The notes below the pieces were generated by a model that ran no database searches, was not told the DNA's origin, and saw only the letters and a program-made list of their open reading frames with translations. Positions 40,564 through 49,681 of a stretch of 64,000 bases of DNA are shown piece by piece (position 1 is the first letter of the stretch; each line of letters starts with the position of its first letter). Made by a program: the position numbers and the translations under genes. This DNA is from an uncultured bacterium (GTDB taxonomy: Bacteria; Actinomycetota; Thermoleophilia; Solirubrobacterales; 70-9): NCBI GenBank assembly GCA_963753385.1, contig CAVWCC010000013.1, positions 13,612-77,611 of the forward strand, in the 5' to 3' direction.

Positions 40564-41415
40564 CTACTCGTACTCGTAGAACCCGTGGCCGGTCTTCCGG
40601 CCGTGCTGGCCGGAGACGACCATGCGCTTGAGGAGCGGCGGCGGCGCGTACTCGGGGCGCTTGAACTCCTCGTAGAGCGAGTCGCAGACCGCGTAGAGCA
40701 CGTCGAGACCGATGAAGTCGCAGAGCGTCAGCGGCCCCATCGGGTGCCCGCAGCCGAGGCGCATGCCCTCGTCGATCGCCTCGCGGCTCGCGAACCCCTC
40801 CTCGTACATCCGCACCGCTGCCATCAGGTAGGGGACGAGCAGCATGTTGACGATGAAGCCCGAGCGGTCCTTCGTCCGGATCGGCTGCTTGCCGATCTGC
40901 TGGGCGAACTCCTCAGCTCGCGCGACCGTCTCGTCGGACGTCTCGAGGCCGACGACTACCTCGACCAGCTTCATCACCGGCACCGGGCTGAAGAAGTGCA
41001 GGCCGAGAACGCGGTCGCGCCGCTTCGTCCACGACGCGAGCTGTGCGATCGGGATCGACGAGGTGTTCGACGCGATGATCGCGCGCTCGTCGAGGAGCTC
41101 GTCCAGGCGCTGGAAGACCGGGCCCTTCACCGCCGCGTCCTCGAAGACCGCCTCGACCACGATCTCGGCCTGAGCCAGGCCTTCGAACTCGTTCGTCGCC
41201 TCGATCCGGCCGAGCAGGGCCTCGGAGTCGGCAGGGGGGAGCTTGCCGGCCTCGACGGCGCGGGCGACCGACTTCTCGATCCGCTCGCGCGAGCGCTCGA
41301 GTGGCGCCGCCTGCGGCTCGTAGAGCGTCACCCCGAGCCCCGCCCTGGCCGCCGCCTCTGCGATCCCGGAGCCCATGAACCCCGCCCCGACCACTCCGAC
41401 CTTCGTCGCTGCCAC
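40564..41415 (-). CDS. 3-hydroxyacyl-CoA / 3-hydroxybutyryl-CoA dehydrogenase
   Basis: KVGVVGAGFMGSGIAEAAA...ASNTSSIPI...GLHFFSPVPVMKLVEVV...GFIVNMLLVPYL. Confidence 0.92.
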   Translation of the reverse strand: MAATKVGVVGAGFMGSGIAEAAARAGLGVTLYEPQAAPLERSRERIEKSVARAVEAGKLPPADSEALLGRIEATNEFEGLAQAEIVVEAVFEDAAVKGPVFQRLDELLDERAIIASNTSSIPIAQLASWTKRRDRVLGLHFFSPVPVMKLVEVVVGLETSDETVARAEEFAQQIGKQPIRTKDRSGFIVNMLLVPYLMAAVRMYEEGFASREAIDEGMRLGCGHPMGPLTLCDFIGLDVLYAVCDSLYEEFKRPEYAPPPLLKRMVVSGQHGRKTGHGFYEYE

Positions 41416-41498
41416 ACCGGTATCTGACCACAGGCCCCGCGTCGGCAGCGGTCACATCCGAGTGCGCCCGCTCGTCATAGAGGTGAAAGGAGGCTTCC

Positions 41499-41774
41499 AT
41501 GCACGCATCCGACACCTCTCAACCGGAAACCGAGAGCATGCTTCAGACGCTCAGCGCCTTCAACGTCGGCCTCGGCGTGATCTCGTTCGCGCTGTTCCCG
41601 TTCCTGCTGCCCGGACTGGCGATCCTGGCGCTGTTCGCGCTCCCGTTGCTACCGCTGATCCCCGTGGTCTTCGTGGGGTGGCTGGCGATTCGGCTCGTGA
41701 TTCGGCTGTCGAGGACCGTCCGGTCGAGCTCGCGCCGCGCGCGGTCGGCCAAGCCGTCGAGTGTGACCGGCTAG
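41499..41774 (+). CDS. Small 2-TM membrane protein, hypothetical
   Basis: AAGGAGG lies 6-8 nt upstream of the ATG. Two hydrophobic segments and a basic tail. Confidence 0.5.
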   Translation: MHASDTSQPETESMLQTLSAFNVGLGVISFALFPFLLPGLAILALFALPLLPLIPVVFVGWLAIRLVIRLSRTVRSSSRRARSAKPSSVTG

Positions 41775-42004
41775 TCGTCGGTCAGCTTGCCGTCGAGCTG
41801 TGCTCGCAGGCTCGCGATCTCGGTCACCGCGGCAGTCACGTAGACCTGGCGCCAGGCGTCGAGCTCCCAGTCGAGGTCGTGGATGTAGCTCTCGATCGAG
41901 GCGACACCGGTCGCCTCGGCGAGGGCGCGCTCGGCCTGCAGCTCGACCACATGCGCACGGGCGTCCGCCGCCGTGACACTCAGGACATCGAACTGCTCGA
42001 ACAT
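41771..42004 (-). CDS. Hypothetical 77-aa helical protein
   Basis: High GC3, GGGAG upstream, no family recognised. Confidence 0.4.
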   Translation of the reverse strand: MFEQFDVLSVTAADARAHVVELQAERALAEATGVASIESYIHDLDWELDAWRQVYVTAAVTEIASLRAQLDGKLTDD

Positions 42005-42141
42005 GACGTAAAGCTCCCATCCCAGGCCCGCGGCCGATATGGGGCAGGCCCGAGTTCTGTGGTTCGGTTATCACCCCTTAGACCGCGCGAGGCCGGCGAA
42101 GTAATCGCGCCACGCCTCCGGCGGCAGGAGCGCCCCCGCCG

Positions 42142-42714
42142 GTGGCGAAGGACGGCTGGGCCATGCAGAAGGTCACCGACGCCTTCCTCCTCAACATGGC
42201 CGAAGTCTCGGCCGGCCTGATCGGGCTGTTCCTGGTGGGCGTGTTCTTCTACGTCGAGACGGGCTTTCGCCGGCTCGGCGAGGAGCGCGAAGTCTTCGAG
42301 GACTATTTCCGCGCGAGCACCCAGATCGTGATGATCCTCTTCGCGATCCCGCTGATGCTCTCGCTCACGCTGGTCGTGCTCGAACCGGCCTGGAGCACGG
42401 TCCTGTTCGCCCTGCTCAGCGTGGCCCTCATTGCCGCCAACGTTGACACCGCGGGCCAGATCAGGGATGTCCAGCGCGTGACCGGATCGTCCACGCTCTT
42501 CATCAACGAGATCGTCGGCACCCTTGGTGTGGCGGTCCTGATCGTGACGCCGTGGATCCTGGGCGGTATCGACCCGTCGCGCGAGGACCTCACCTGGGCA
42601 ATCCTTGTCTCGTTCGTTACCGCCTTCGTCAGCGTGCTCGCACTGGTGATGTCGGTGTTCGACGTCGCCAGGACGCAACAGCTACGGGCGAGCGGGCCCG
42701 GCCTCTCCGAGTAA
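42142..42714 (+). CDS. Hypothetical integral membrane protein (4-5 TM)
   Basis: 190-aa ORF with hydrophobic segments throughout; an alternative start lies at 42163. Confidence 0.55.
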   Translation: MAKDGWAMQKVTDAFLLNMAEVSAGLIGLFLVGVFFYVETGFRRLGEEREVFEDYFRASTQIVMILFAIPLMLSLTLVVLEPAWSTVLFALLSVALIAANVDTAGQIRDVQRVTGSSTLFINEIVGTLGVAVLIVTPWILGGIDPSREDLTWAILVSFVTAFVSVLALVMSVFDVARTQQLRASGPGLSE

Positions 42715-42729
42715 CGCCGGCTCCGCCGG

Positions 42730-43743
42730 TTACTCGGACGGCAGCTCGGGCGGCACGCCGAAGCGCCGGAACATCTCCGGCAGCAGAAAGGCCGTGATGT
42801 CGCGAACGCGGGCGCCCTCGAGGGCAAGAACCTCGAGCGAGGCGGGGGCGTACAGGCCGCGCTCCGAGTCCCACAGGTACCAGGCAACCGCCGGTTGGCC
42901 GTTGGCGCTGGTCAACACGCTGCGGAGTCGCGGGCGGCCGGTGGTGGTGATGAACGCGATGACCGCGTCGCGGCCCTGGAACCAACCCGGGAGCGGCGGC
43001 ATCGCGAAGGTCGCATCCTCGACGAGCATCGCGACCATGGCGTCGACGTCGCGGCGCTCCCATGCATCGATGTATCCCCGGACCGCCTCACCGACCGCGT
43101 CGTCGCCGAGCTCGCGCAGCGTTGCCTGCTGGCTCCGCGCCGGAAGCCGCTCGTCCGCCGCCTTGCGGGCGCGCTGTAGCGCGCTGTTGACCGACGCCAC
43201 GGTGGTGTCGAGGGCGTCCGCGACCTCGCGGGCCGAGAACCCCAGGACCTCGCGCAGGATCAGCACTGCCCGCTGGCTCGCTGGCAGGTGCTGGAGCGCC
43301 GCGATGAACGCCAGCTCCACGCTCTCGCGCAGCTCGTAGCGAGCGTCCGGGGCGGCGTCCTGGTCCTGCGCGGCGAGCATCTCGTCGGGATACGGCTCGA
43401 GCCAGATCGGCTCGCGCACAGGCTCGCCCGCGCCCTCGCCCGCGCCGGCCGGCGGACCGTGGTCGGCCGGGAGAACGCGCTTCGGGCGCTTGGCGATCAT
43501 GTCTAGGCAGACGTTCGTCGCGATCTTGTAGAGCCAGGGACGAATCGGGCGGCCGCCCTCGAAGCCGCTGAGCCCACGCCAGGCGCGAATGAGCGTGTCC
43601 TGAAGCGCGTCCTCGGCGTCGTGGACCGAGCCGAGCATCCGGTAGCAGTGCGCGTGCAGCTCGCCGCGATGCGGATCGACCAGCCGGCGGAACGCCTCCT
43701 CGTCGCCGCCGCGCGCCGCTTCGAGATCCGCCGTCAGGGCCAC
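42730..43743 (-). CDS. ECF sigma factor with a C-terminal SnoaL-like extension (SigG / ECF41-ECF56 type)
   Basis: Region 2 is RPWLYKIATNVCLDMI, linker is IWLEPYPDEML, region 4 is SQRAVLILREVLGFSAREVADALDTTVASVNSALQRAR. These are followed by a ~120-aa NTF2-like tail. Confidence 0.88.
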   Translation of the reverse strand: MALTADLEAARGGDEEAFRRLVDPHRGELHAHCYRMLGSVHDAEDALQDTLIRAWRGLSGFEGGRPIRPWLYKIATNVCLDMIAKRPKRVLPADHGPPAGAGEGAGEPVREPIWLEPYPDEMLAAQDQDAAPDARYELRESVELAFIAALQHLPASQRAVLILREVLGFSAREVADALDTTVASVNSALQRARKAADERLPARSQQATLRELGDDAVGEAVRGYIDAWERRDVDAMVAMLVEDATFAMPPLPGWFQGRDAVIAFITTTGRPRLRSVLTSANGQPAVAWYLWDSERGLYAPASLEVLALEGARVRDITAFLLPEMFRRFGVPPELPSE

Positions 43744-43830
43744 GGCTCGAGCTTAAACCGATGAGTTCCCGGCCTCGCCACGGTAGTAGGGGCAGACCAG
43801 CAAATCCCCGAGATTCGAGGAGAAACCCAA

Positions 43831-44379
43831 ATGAGAAATCTGAATGCAGCCCTGTTCGTTTCGCTGGACGGCGTTTACGAGGCACCCCAGGATTGGCACT
43901 TCCCGTATTTCAGCGAGGAGATGGAGGCGGTGGTCGGCGAGGCGATATCGACCTCCGACGCGCTGCTGATGGGCCGGGTGACCTACGAGGAGTGGTCGGC
44001 TTTCTGGCCGTCGCAGTCCCCGGACTCGTCGCCGATGGCCGCCTTCATGAACCAGACGCCGAAGTACGTGGTCTCGACGTCGCTCGAGGAGGTGGCCTGG
44101 GAGGGCTCGACGCTGCTGGGCGGCGACGTCGCCAAGTCGGTAGCCGAGCTCAAGGCGGCGCCCGGCCAGGACATCACGATCAACGGCGCGGGGACGCTCG
44201 TCCGCTCGCTCCTCAAGGAGGGGCTGATCGACGAGCTCCGGCTGATGATCCACCCGCTCGCGGTCGGCAAGGGCAAGCGCCTGTTCTCGGACGACGACGA
44301 GCTCAGCCTGAAGCTGATCGAGGCGACCCCGTTTAAGAGCGGCGTCATCTACGCGAGGTACGCGCCCGCGGAGGGCTGA
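43831..44379 (+). CDS. Dihydrofolate reductase-like (RibD C-terminal domain) family protein
   Basis: LNAALFVSLDGVYEAPQDW...LLMGRVTYEEW...ITINGAGTLVRSLLKEGLIDEL. Paralog of the gene at 18231..18872. Confidence 0.85.
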   Translation: MRNLNAALFVSLDGVYEAPQDWHFPYFSEEMEAVVGEAISTSDALLMGRVTYEEWSAFWPSQSPDSSPMAAFMNQTPKYVVSTSLEEVAWEGSTLLGGDVAKSVAELKAAPGQDITINGAGTLVRSLLKEGLIDELRLMIHPLAVGKGKRLFSDDDELSLKLIEATPFKSGVIYARYAPAEG

Positions 44380-44380
44380 C

Positions 44381-45238
44381 CTACGCCTCCGCGAGCGCCC
44401 GGTCGAGCAGCTCGGTGGCGAGCGCCAGGTCCTGCGGATCGTTGCCGAGCGCCGACCATGCTTCACGTGCGACGTTGCCGAGGTTGTCGAGCTGGTCGTC
44501 GGTGTGTAGCGGGTCGTGATGGAAGAGGAGCGTCGACCTCGTCTCGGCCCGGTGCGCGAAGTTGAGCGCGTCCGTTAGCGACGAGTGCCCCCAGCCGACG
44601 TGGCGTGGGTACTCGTCGTCGGTGTACTGGCAGTCGTGGACGAGCAGGTCGGCGCCCCGCGCGAGCCCGTAGCCGGACAGCCACTCGGACTCGAGCTCGG
44701 CAACGGGACCGGCGATCGCAGGCTCGTGGTCGGGGATGTAGCAGAGGGTCCGCCCGCCGGCGCTGATCCGGTAGCCGAGGGTAGGCCCGCGATGGCTGAC
44801 TGCTTCGGCACGGATCCGCGCCGAGCCCAGGTCCCACTCGGTCGGCGGGCAGAGCCGGAAGTCGACGTCGCAGGGCAGCTCGCGAACCTCGACCGGAGTG
44901 AGCGGAGCGGACAGGTAGCGCGCGATCCGGTCCTCGAGCGAGCCGCCCACGGCGGTCGGCCCCCAGATCGTCACGTGCGCCTCCGGATCGAACAGCGGCG
45001 CGAAGAACAGCAGTCCCTGGATATGGTCGAGGTGGAGGTGGGTGAGGAAGATGTGGATCCGGCCCGGCAGCTCGCCGAGGGCGAGCCCGAGGTTTCGGAT
45101 CCCGGTGCCGGCGTCGAGCACGAGGAGCGTGCCATCGGCGAGCCGCAGCGAGATGCAGGAGGTGTTCCCGCCATAGCGCACCGTCTCCGGCCCCGGGCTG
45201 GGCACCGAGCCCCGCGCTCCCCAGACGGTGAGGTCCAT
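44381..45238 (-). CDS. MBL-fold metallo-hydrolase
   Basis: ATG at 45238 inside ORF 44381..45466. LVLDAGTG...IFLTHLHLDHIQGL...LFHHDP. Confidence 0.85.
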   Translation of the reverse strand: MDLTVWGARGSVPSPGPETVRYGGNTSCISLRLADGTLLVLDAGTGIRNLGLALGELPGRIHIFLTHLHLDHIQGLLFFAPLFDPEAHVTIWGPTAVGGSLEDRIARYLSAPLTPVEVRELPCDVDFRLCPPTEWDLGSARIRAEAVSHRGPTLGYRISAGGRTLCYIPDHEPAIAGPVAELESEWLSGYGLARGADLLVHDCQYTDDEYPRHVGWGHSSLTDALNFAHRAETRSTLLFHHDPLHTDDQLDNLGNVAREAWSALGNDPQDLALATELLDRALAEA

Positions 45239-45639
45239 CAGGTTCCGGAGCCGAGTACCCAGAAGATCGCGAGGGCCCCGCGCGTGCCCTCGGTCCCCGT
45301 GATCGGGAAGGCACAGACCTCGATCTCTTGCTCGACGTCCGTCGCCGAGCGGATGCGCATCCGCTCGGCCGATGGGAGCTCCTTCGAAAGCGCGATCGAC
45401 AGCGGCAGCTCGTCGACGGGGAACGGCGATCCGTCGACTCGCATCGGCACGAAACGGGTGCCCCATTCCTGCGGTCCCATCGGGCCCGCCTCCTCGTAGC
45501 GGATGCCGAGCAGCTCCCCGGCCGCGTCGTTGAAGAACACGAGGGTCCCCTCGGTATCGACCAGGAACGCTGGGGTCGTAAGGTTCGAGATCAGCCCGCG
45601 GGTCTGGATCAGCTCGATCGGGTGCGGCTCGACCGCCAC
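45238..45639 (-). CDS. PAS-domain protein
   Basis: The distal part of ORF 45238..46134 from the GTG at 45639 reads LISNLTTPAFLVDTEGTLVFFNDAAGELLG...VCAFPITGTEGTRGALAIFW. The stop shares 1 nt with the MBL start (TGATG). Confidence 0.65.
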   Translation of the reverse strand: MAVEPHPIELIQTRGLISNLTTPAFLVDTEGTLVFFNDAAGELLGIRYEEAGPMGPQEWGTRFVPMRVDGSPFPVDELPLSIALSKELPSAERMRIRSATDVEQEIEVCAFPITGTEGTRGALAIFWVLGSGT

Positions 45640-45675
45640 AGGCTGGAACTCTAGAGCTGCGACGATCTGAAGACG

Positions 45676-46167
45676 ATGGAAACCGACCCGGCAGGTGAGT
45701 TCGTCGAGCGCTTCGAGCGGGGGTGGGCGGGGGACGGCGTCGAGCCGCTCGCCGAGCTCTGGTCGGAGGACATCGAGCTCCACCAGCCGCTGCTCGGGTC
45801 GCTCCACGGCCGCGAGGAGTGCCGGAAGGCCTTCACCCGGGTGTTCGTGCTCTCGCCCGACCTGACGACCGAGGTCCATGACTGGGCCGGCGATCTCGAC
45901 TCGCTCTACGTCGCCTTCACCTTCCACACGACATTCGGCGGCGCGAGGCTGGAGTGGCCCGCAGTCGACCGCTTCCGGGTGTCGGCCGACGGGCTGATCC
46001 TGCGCCGCGACTCGTACTGGGACCTCTCGCTTGTGATGCGGATGATGGCCCGCCACCCGCGCGGCTGGCCGCGAATGGTTCGAGCCGGGCTGGTTCCGAG
46101 GCGGCCCGCCCCGCCGCCGTGGCCTGCGCCTCAAGCCGAGTCCTCGAAGCCGGCCAGCACCTCATAG
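45676..46167 (+). CDS. NTF2/SnoaL-like (limonene-epoxide-hydrolase-like) protein
   Basis: FVERFERGWAGDGVEPLAELWSEDIELHQP...AVDRFRVSADGLILRRDSYWD. The 3' end overlaps the convergent HDAC gene, so the true stop may differ. Confidence 0.65.
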   Translation: METDPAGEFVERFERGWAGDGVEPLAELWSEDIELHQPLLGSLHGREECRKAFTRVFVLSPDLTTEVHDWAGDLDSLYVAFTFHTTFGGARLEWPAVDRFRVSADGLILRRDSYWDLSLVMRMMARHPRGWPRMVRAGLVPRRPAPPPWPAPQAESSKPASTS

Positions 46168-47186
46168 ACGAGCGGGCCGATCGCCTCGAGGTCGTAGCCG
46201 CCCTCCTGGACGAACACGGTCGGGAGGCCGAGCGCTCCGAGCTCGCGTCCGGCTCGGCGAAAGCCCTCCACCGTGACCTGAAGCGGGCTCTCCGGGTCGC
46301 CGCCCGCGGCGTCGACGCCGAGCGCGACGACCAGGCCGCCGGCTTCGGGTTCCACCCAGGCGCCCAGCCCGCGGATCGCCTCGATCCACTCGTCGTCTCC
46401 GCTGCCCGGCGGCAGGGGGACGTTGCGGTTGGCGCCCTGCGCCTTGCCGGCGCCGGTCTCAGCCGCGAAGCCGAGGAAGTGCGGGAACCAGCCCGCGCCC
46501 GGGTCGACGTGGGCCGAGCCGATGAGCACCCCCGGGTCGTCGTAGAAGATCGACTGCGTGCCGTTGCCGTGGTGGGCGTCGATGTCGATCACCGCGACCA
46601 CGCCGTCGCCCCGATCGCGCAGGCGCGCCGCGGCCGCCGCCGTGTTGTTCAGGTAGCACGAGCCGCCGAAGGCGGTTCGCGTCGCGTGGTGGCCCGGTGG
46701 GCGGCAGAGCGCGTACGCCGCCGGCGCGCCGGCGCGCACCGCGTCGGCGGCCGAGATCGCCACATCCAGGGCCGCGCGCGCCGCGTCCCAGGTGCCCGGG
46801 CCGATCAGGGTCATCGTGTCGTACGCGAAGCGCCCCGCCCGCGCGCTGGCCGCCGTGGGGACCGCGGGCCCGAGGTCGCCGAGCAGCCCGGGATGCGCGA
46901 ACACGTACGGGACGATCCGGTCCTGCCCGGGATCCGCGGTGAGCCCCGCCGCCTCCCAATCGTCCCAGGCCGACTCCAGATACGCCGTCAGCGCCGGGTC
47001 GTGGAGTCGCAGTGCGACGTCGTCCGGGTGCTCGGCGGCCGCGACGATCCGCGCATCGCGGCGCTCGAGCTCGGACCGGATCCGCTCGGCGCGCTCGGGG
47101 ATCTCGGTCCCCGGCGTGCGGACTCCGACCCAGACCTCGCCGCCCGGCTCGTGCAGGCGGTGGCGGTCGCTCCAGAGGACGGGCAT
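46131..47186 (-). CDS. Histone deacetylase-family amidohydrolase (AcuC / acetylpolyamine amidohydrolase-like)
   Basis: ATG at 47186 inside ORF 46131..47363. RPPGHHA...IDIDAHHGNGTQSIF...VQEGGY. Confidence 0.9.
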   Translation of the reverse strand: MPVLWSDRHRLHEPGGEVWVGVRTPGTEIPERAERIRSELERRDARIVAAAEHPDDVALRLHDPALTAYLESAWDDWEAAGLTADPGQDRIVPYVFAHPGLLGDLGPAVPTAASARAGRFAYDTMTLIGPGTWDAARAALDVAISAADAVRAGAPAAYALCRPPGHHATRTAFGGSCYLNNTAAAAARLRDRGDGVVAVIDIDAHHGNGTQSIFYDDPGVLIGSAHVDPGAGWFPHFLGFAAETGAGKAQGANRNVPLPPGSGDDEWIEAIRGLGAWVEPEAGGLVVALGVDAAGGDPESPLQVTVEGFRRAGRELGALGLPTVFVQEGGYDLEAIGPLVYEVLAGFEDSA

Positions 47187-47289
47187 CGCGAGGGCCAACT
47201 GGGCCTCGTCATACCACAAGCGGCCCACGTTGCTGAACGCTCGTACAGAACGGCGTACAGGGCGGGGCAGGTTTGGCCGGTTCCGGCCA

Positions 47290-47333
47290 TTGACCTGGGG
47301 TGATCCGCGGCGTAGGTTCCCGAACGACCGTTC
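47290..47333 (+). promoter_or_regulatory. Candidate promoter, TTGACC, 17 nt, TAGGTT, followed by the palindrome GAACGACCGTTC
   Basis: Located in the divergent spacer between the HDAC-like gene and kdd. The palindrome at ~47322-47333 sits at the expected transcription start and could be the operator of the TetR encoded at 49674. Confidence 0.35.
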
Positions 47334-47407
47334 ATGAAGGCACGGGTTTGGTGAGCGCCGCAAGGCGCGAAAGCAGGTTTAGCCCCCCGCCAGGGGATGT
47401 TTCCACG

Positions 47408-48439
47408 GTGGAGATCGCGCAGCAACTGGGGGCCGACAGGGTGATCGAGCCACCCGGGTCGCTGCCGCAGCCCGCCGCGAGGCTCGAACCGTCCGGTCCC
47501 TGCCGGCGATTCGAGACGGAGGTCGAGGTCGAGCGGCTCTGTCTCGATTCGACGTCGCACCGCCAGATCCGCGAGGCAGCCGGGGGCGACCCGTACGCGA
47601 TGGCCGCGCGCATCCTGGAGATCGTGGCGGCCCGGGGCAAGATGCACAACCCGGAGACCGACTCGGGCGGCGTTCTGCTCGGCACCGTCAGCGCGGTGGG
47701 GGAGGGCGTTTCCTCGCCGCCCGAGGCCGGCATGCGAGTCGTGACGCTCGCGTCGCTCACGCTGACGCCGCTCCGGCTGGAGGGCGTGAGGAGACTCGAC
47801 CCGGAGTCGCCCCAGGTGGAGGTCGCGGGGACCGCGTATATCTTCGACCGAGCCCCGTGGGCGCCGCTGCCCGACGACCTCCCGCTGTCGGCGGCGCTCG
47901 ACGTGTTCGACGTCTGCGCGGCGGCGTCACATGTCCGCCAACTCGCGTCCGGAGCCCGGACCGTCTATGTGCTCGGGGCCGGGCACGCGGGCAAGCTGGC
48001 GCTCGCGGCGGCGCGCGACGTCTCGCCGGAGGCGACGCTGGTCGCGGTGGACGTGGACGAGGCCGCGGTCGAGCGCACCACCGACCTCGGGCTCGCCGAC
48101 ATCGGCGTCGCCACCGACCTGCGCGATCCGGTCGGGGCGCTCGAGTCGGTGCGTGCGGCGGGGGCGCCGCCCGCTGAGCTGACCGTCGTGGTCGTGAACG
48201 CCACCGGCTGTGAGCCCAGCGCGATCCTGCTCACCGAAGACGAGGGCACAGTCCTGTTCTTCTCGATGGCGACCAGCTTCTCGGCCGTGGCCCTCACGTC
48301 GGACGGGCTGTCGTCGAGCGCGACGATGGTGGTCGGCACGGGCTACGCGCCCGACCGCGGCGCCTACGCGCTCGACCTCGTGCGGCGCTCTCCCGCGCTG
48401 CGCGAGGCGATGGGCGCGGCGAACGGAGCGCTCGCGTGA
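47408..48439 (+). CDS. kdd: L-erythro-3,5-diaminohexanoate dehydrogenase-like
   Basis: GADRVIEPPGSLPQPA...DPYAMAARILEIVAARGKMHNPETDSGGVLLGTV...YVLGAGHAGKLA. This resembles my recollection of Kdd, and it sits next to kce. I chose the GTG at 47408; starts at 47300 or 47354 are possible. Confidence 0.7.
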   Translation: MEIAQQLGADRVIEPPGSLPQPAARLEPSGPCRRFETEVEVERLCLDSTSHRQIREAAGGDPYAMAARILEIVAARGKMHNPETDSGGVLLGTVSAVGEGVSSPPEAGMRVVTLASLTLTPLRLEGVRRLDPESPQVEVAGTAYIFDRAPWAPLPDDLPLSAALDVFDVCAAASHVRQLASGARTVYVLGAGHAGKLALAAARDVSPEATLVAVDVDEAAVERTTDLGLADIGVATDLRDPVGALESVRAAGAPPAELTVVVVNATGCEPSAILLTEDEGTVLFFSMATSFSAVALTSDGLSSSATMVVGTGYAPDRGAYALDLVRRSPALREAMGAANGALA

Positions 48440-48896
48440 GCGCTCATCGCGTCCAGACCCGCTGGGGCGACCTGGACGCCCTCGGCCACGTGGGCCACAC
48501 CGCCGTCTTCACCTACCTCGAGGCGGGCCGGGACGCATTCCTCAAGACGCACGGGATCGCCCGGGACGAGTACGTCGTCGGCCGCTGCTCGGTGACCTTC
48601 CAGCGCGAGATCATGCCGTCGGTCGAGGTCGTCACGGTCGAGTGCGAGACCCGCGAGCTCGGCAGCTCGAGCGTCACCACCAGCGAGCGGATCCTCGACG
48701 AGACCGGGGACTTGCTGGTCGAGGCCGAGTTCGGGATCGTGCTCTGGGACCCCGCGGGCCGCGGATCACGGCCGATCAGCGCGAGGAACGGGCTTCGCTC
48801 GCCAAGGAGGAGAGTAAGAGCGGGCAATCGCTTTCGGAGGGGAGGAGTCCTAGATGGCCTGGAACAGCGACCCGGTCGTCCTCACCGTGGCGGTGA
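48436..48896 (+). pseudogene. 4HBT/YbgC-type hotdog acyl-CoA thioesterase with an unresolved 3' end (probable 1-nt frameshift near 48782)
   Basis: VQTRWGDLDALGHVGHTAVFTYLEAGRDAF...CSVTFQREI...VEAEFGIVLWD. The starting frame then runs on for 368 aa across kce. The frame of ORF 48210..48896 gives a plausible tail, ISAEERASLAKEE... Confidence 0.6.
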
Positions 48897-49681
48897 CCGG
48901 CGCGGACGTCTTCCGCGAGAACAACCCGAACATCCCGTACACGACCGAGGAGATCGCGAACTCGTCGATCGAGGCGGCCGGCGCCGGCGCCACGGTCGTT
49001 CACCTCCACGTCCGCGAGGACGACGGCACGCCGAGCGGCCGGCCCGAGCTCTTCGTCGACGTAATCGACCGGATCCGTGCAGGCTCCGACCTGCTGACGA
49101 TGGTCTCCACCGGCGGCGCCAACGACATGACGATCGAGGAGCGGACGACCGGCCTCGAGGCGAAGCCGGACATCTCCGGCGTCGAGTCGGGCTCGATGAA
49201 CTTCGGCGACGAGACCTTCATCACGCCGCCGCCGGCGGGCCGTGGGATCGTCAAGCGCGCGACCGAGGCTCAGATTGCGCTCGAGGTCGAGGCCTTCGAC
49301 GTCGGCCATGTGGTGAGCGCGGTGCGCTGGCTCGAGCAGGGCATCCTCGAGGCGCCGATGCGGATCAACCTGGTGTTCGGGGTGCCAGGCGGGATCGATG
49401 CCTCGCCGGAGGCGCTCGACGCGATGCTCCGGCCGCTGCCCGAGGGCACGTTCTGGACGGTCACCTGCATCGGCCGCCACCACCAGCGGATGCTGGGCCT
49501 GGCGCTGCTGAAAGGCGCGCCGGGGATCCGCACCGGTCTTGAGGACGTCGCCTACATCTCGAAAGGCGTCCACGCGCCCTCGAACGCGGCGCTGGCCGAG
49601 ATGGCCGTCGGGCTCGCGAAGACGCTCGGCCGCGAGGTCGCGACCCAGGACCAGACGAGGGAGCTCCTGCACCTTGGCTGA
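48854..49681 (+). CDS. kce: 3-keto-5-aminohexanoate cleavage enzyme (BKACE / DUF849 family)
   Basis: VVLTVAVTGA...PYTTEEIANSSIEAAGAGATVVHLHVRE...MVSTGG...INLVFGVPGG...IRTGLED. Confidence 0.88.
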   Translation: MAWNSDPVVLTVAVTGADVFRENNPNIPYTTEEIANSSIEAAGAGATVVHLHVREDDGTPSGRPELFVDVIDRIRAGSDLLTMVSTGGANDMTIEERTTGLEAKPDISGVESGSMNFGDETFITPPPAGRGIVKRATEAQIALEVEAFDVGHVVSAVRWLEQGILEAPMRINLVFGVPGGIDASPEALDAMLRPLPEGTFWTVTCIGRHHQRMLGLALLKGAPGIRTGLEDVAYISKGVHAPSNAALAEMAVGLAKTLGREVATQDQTRELLHLG

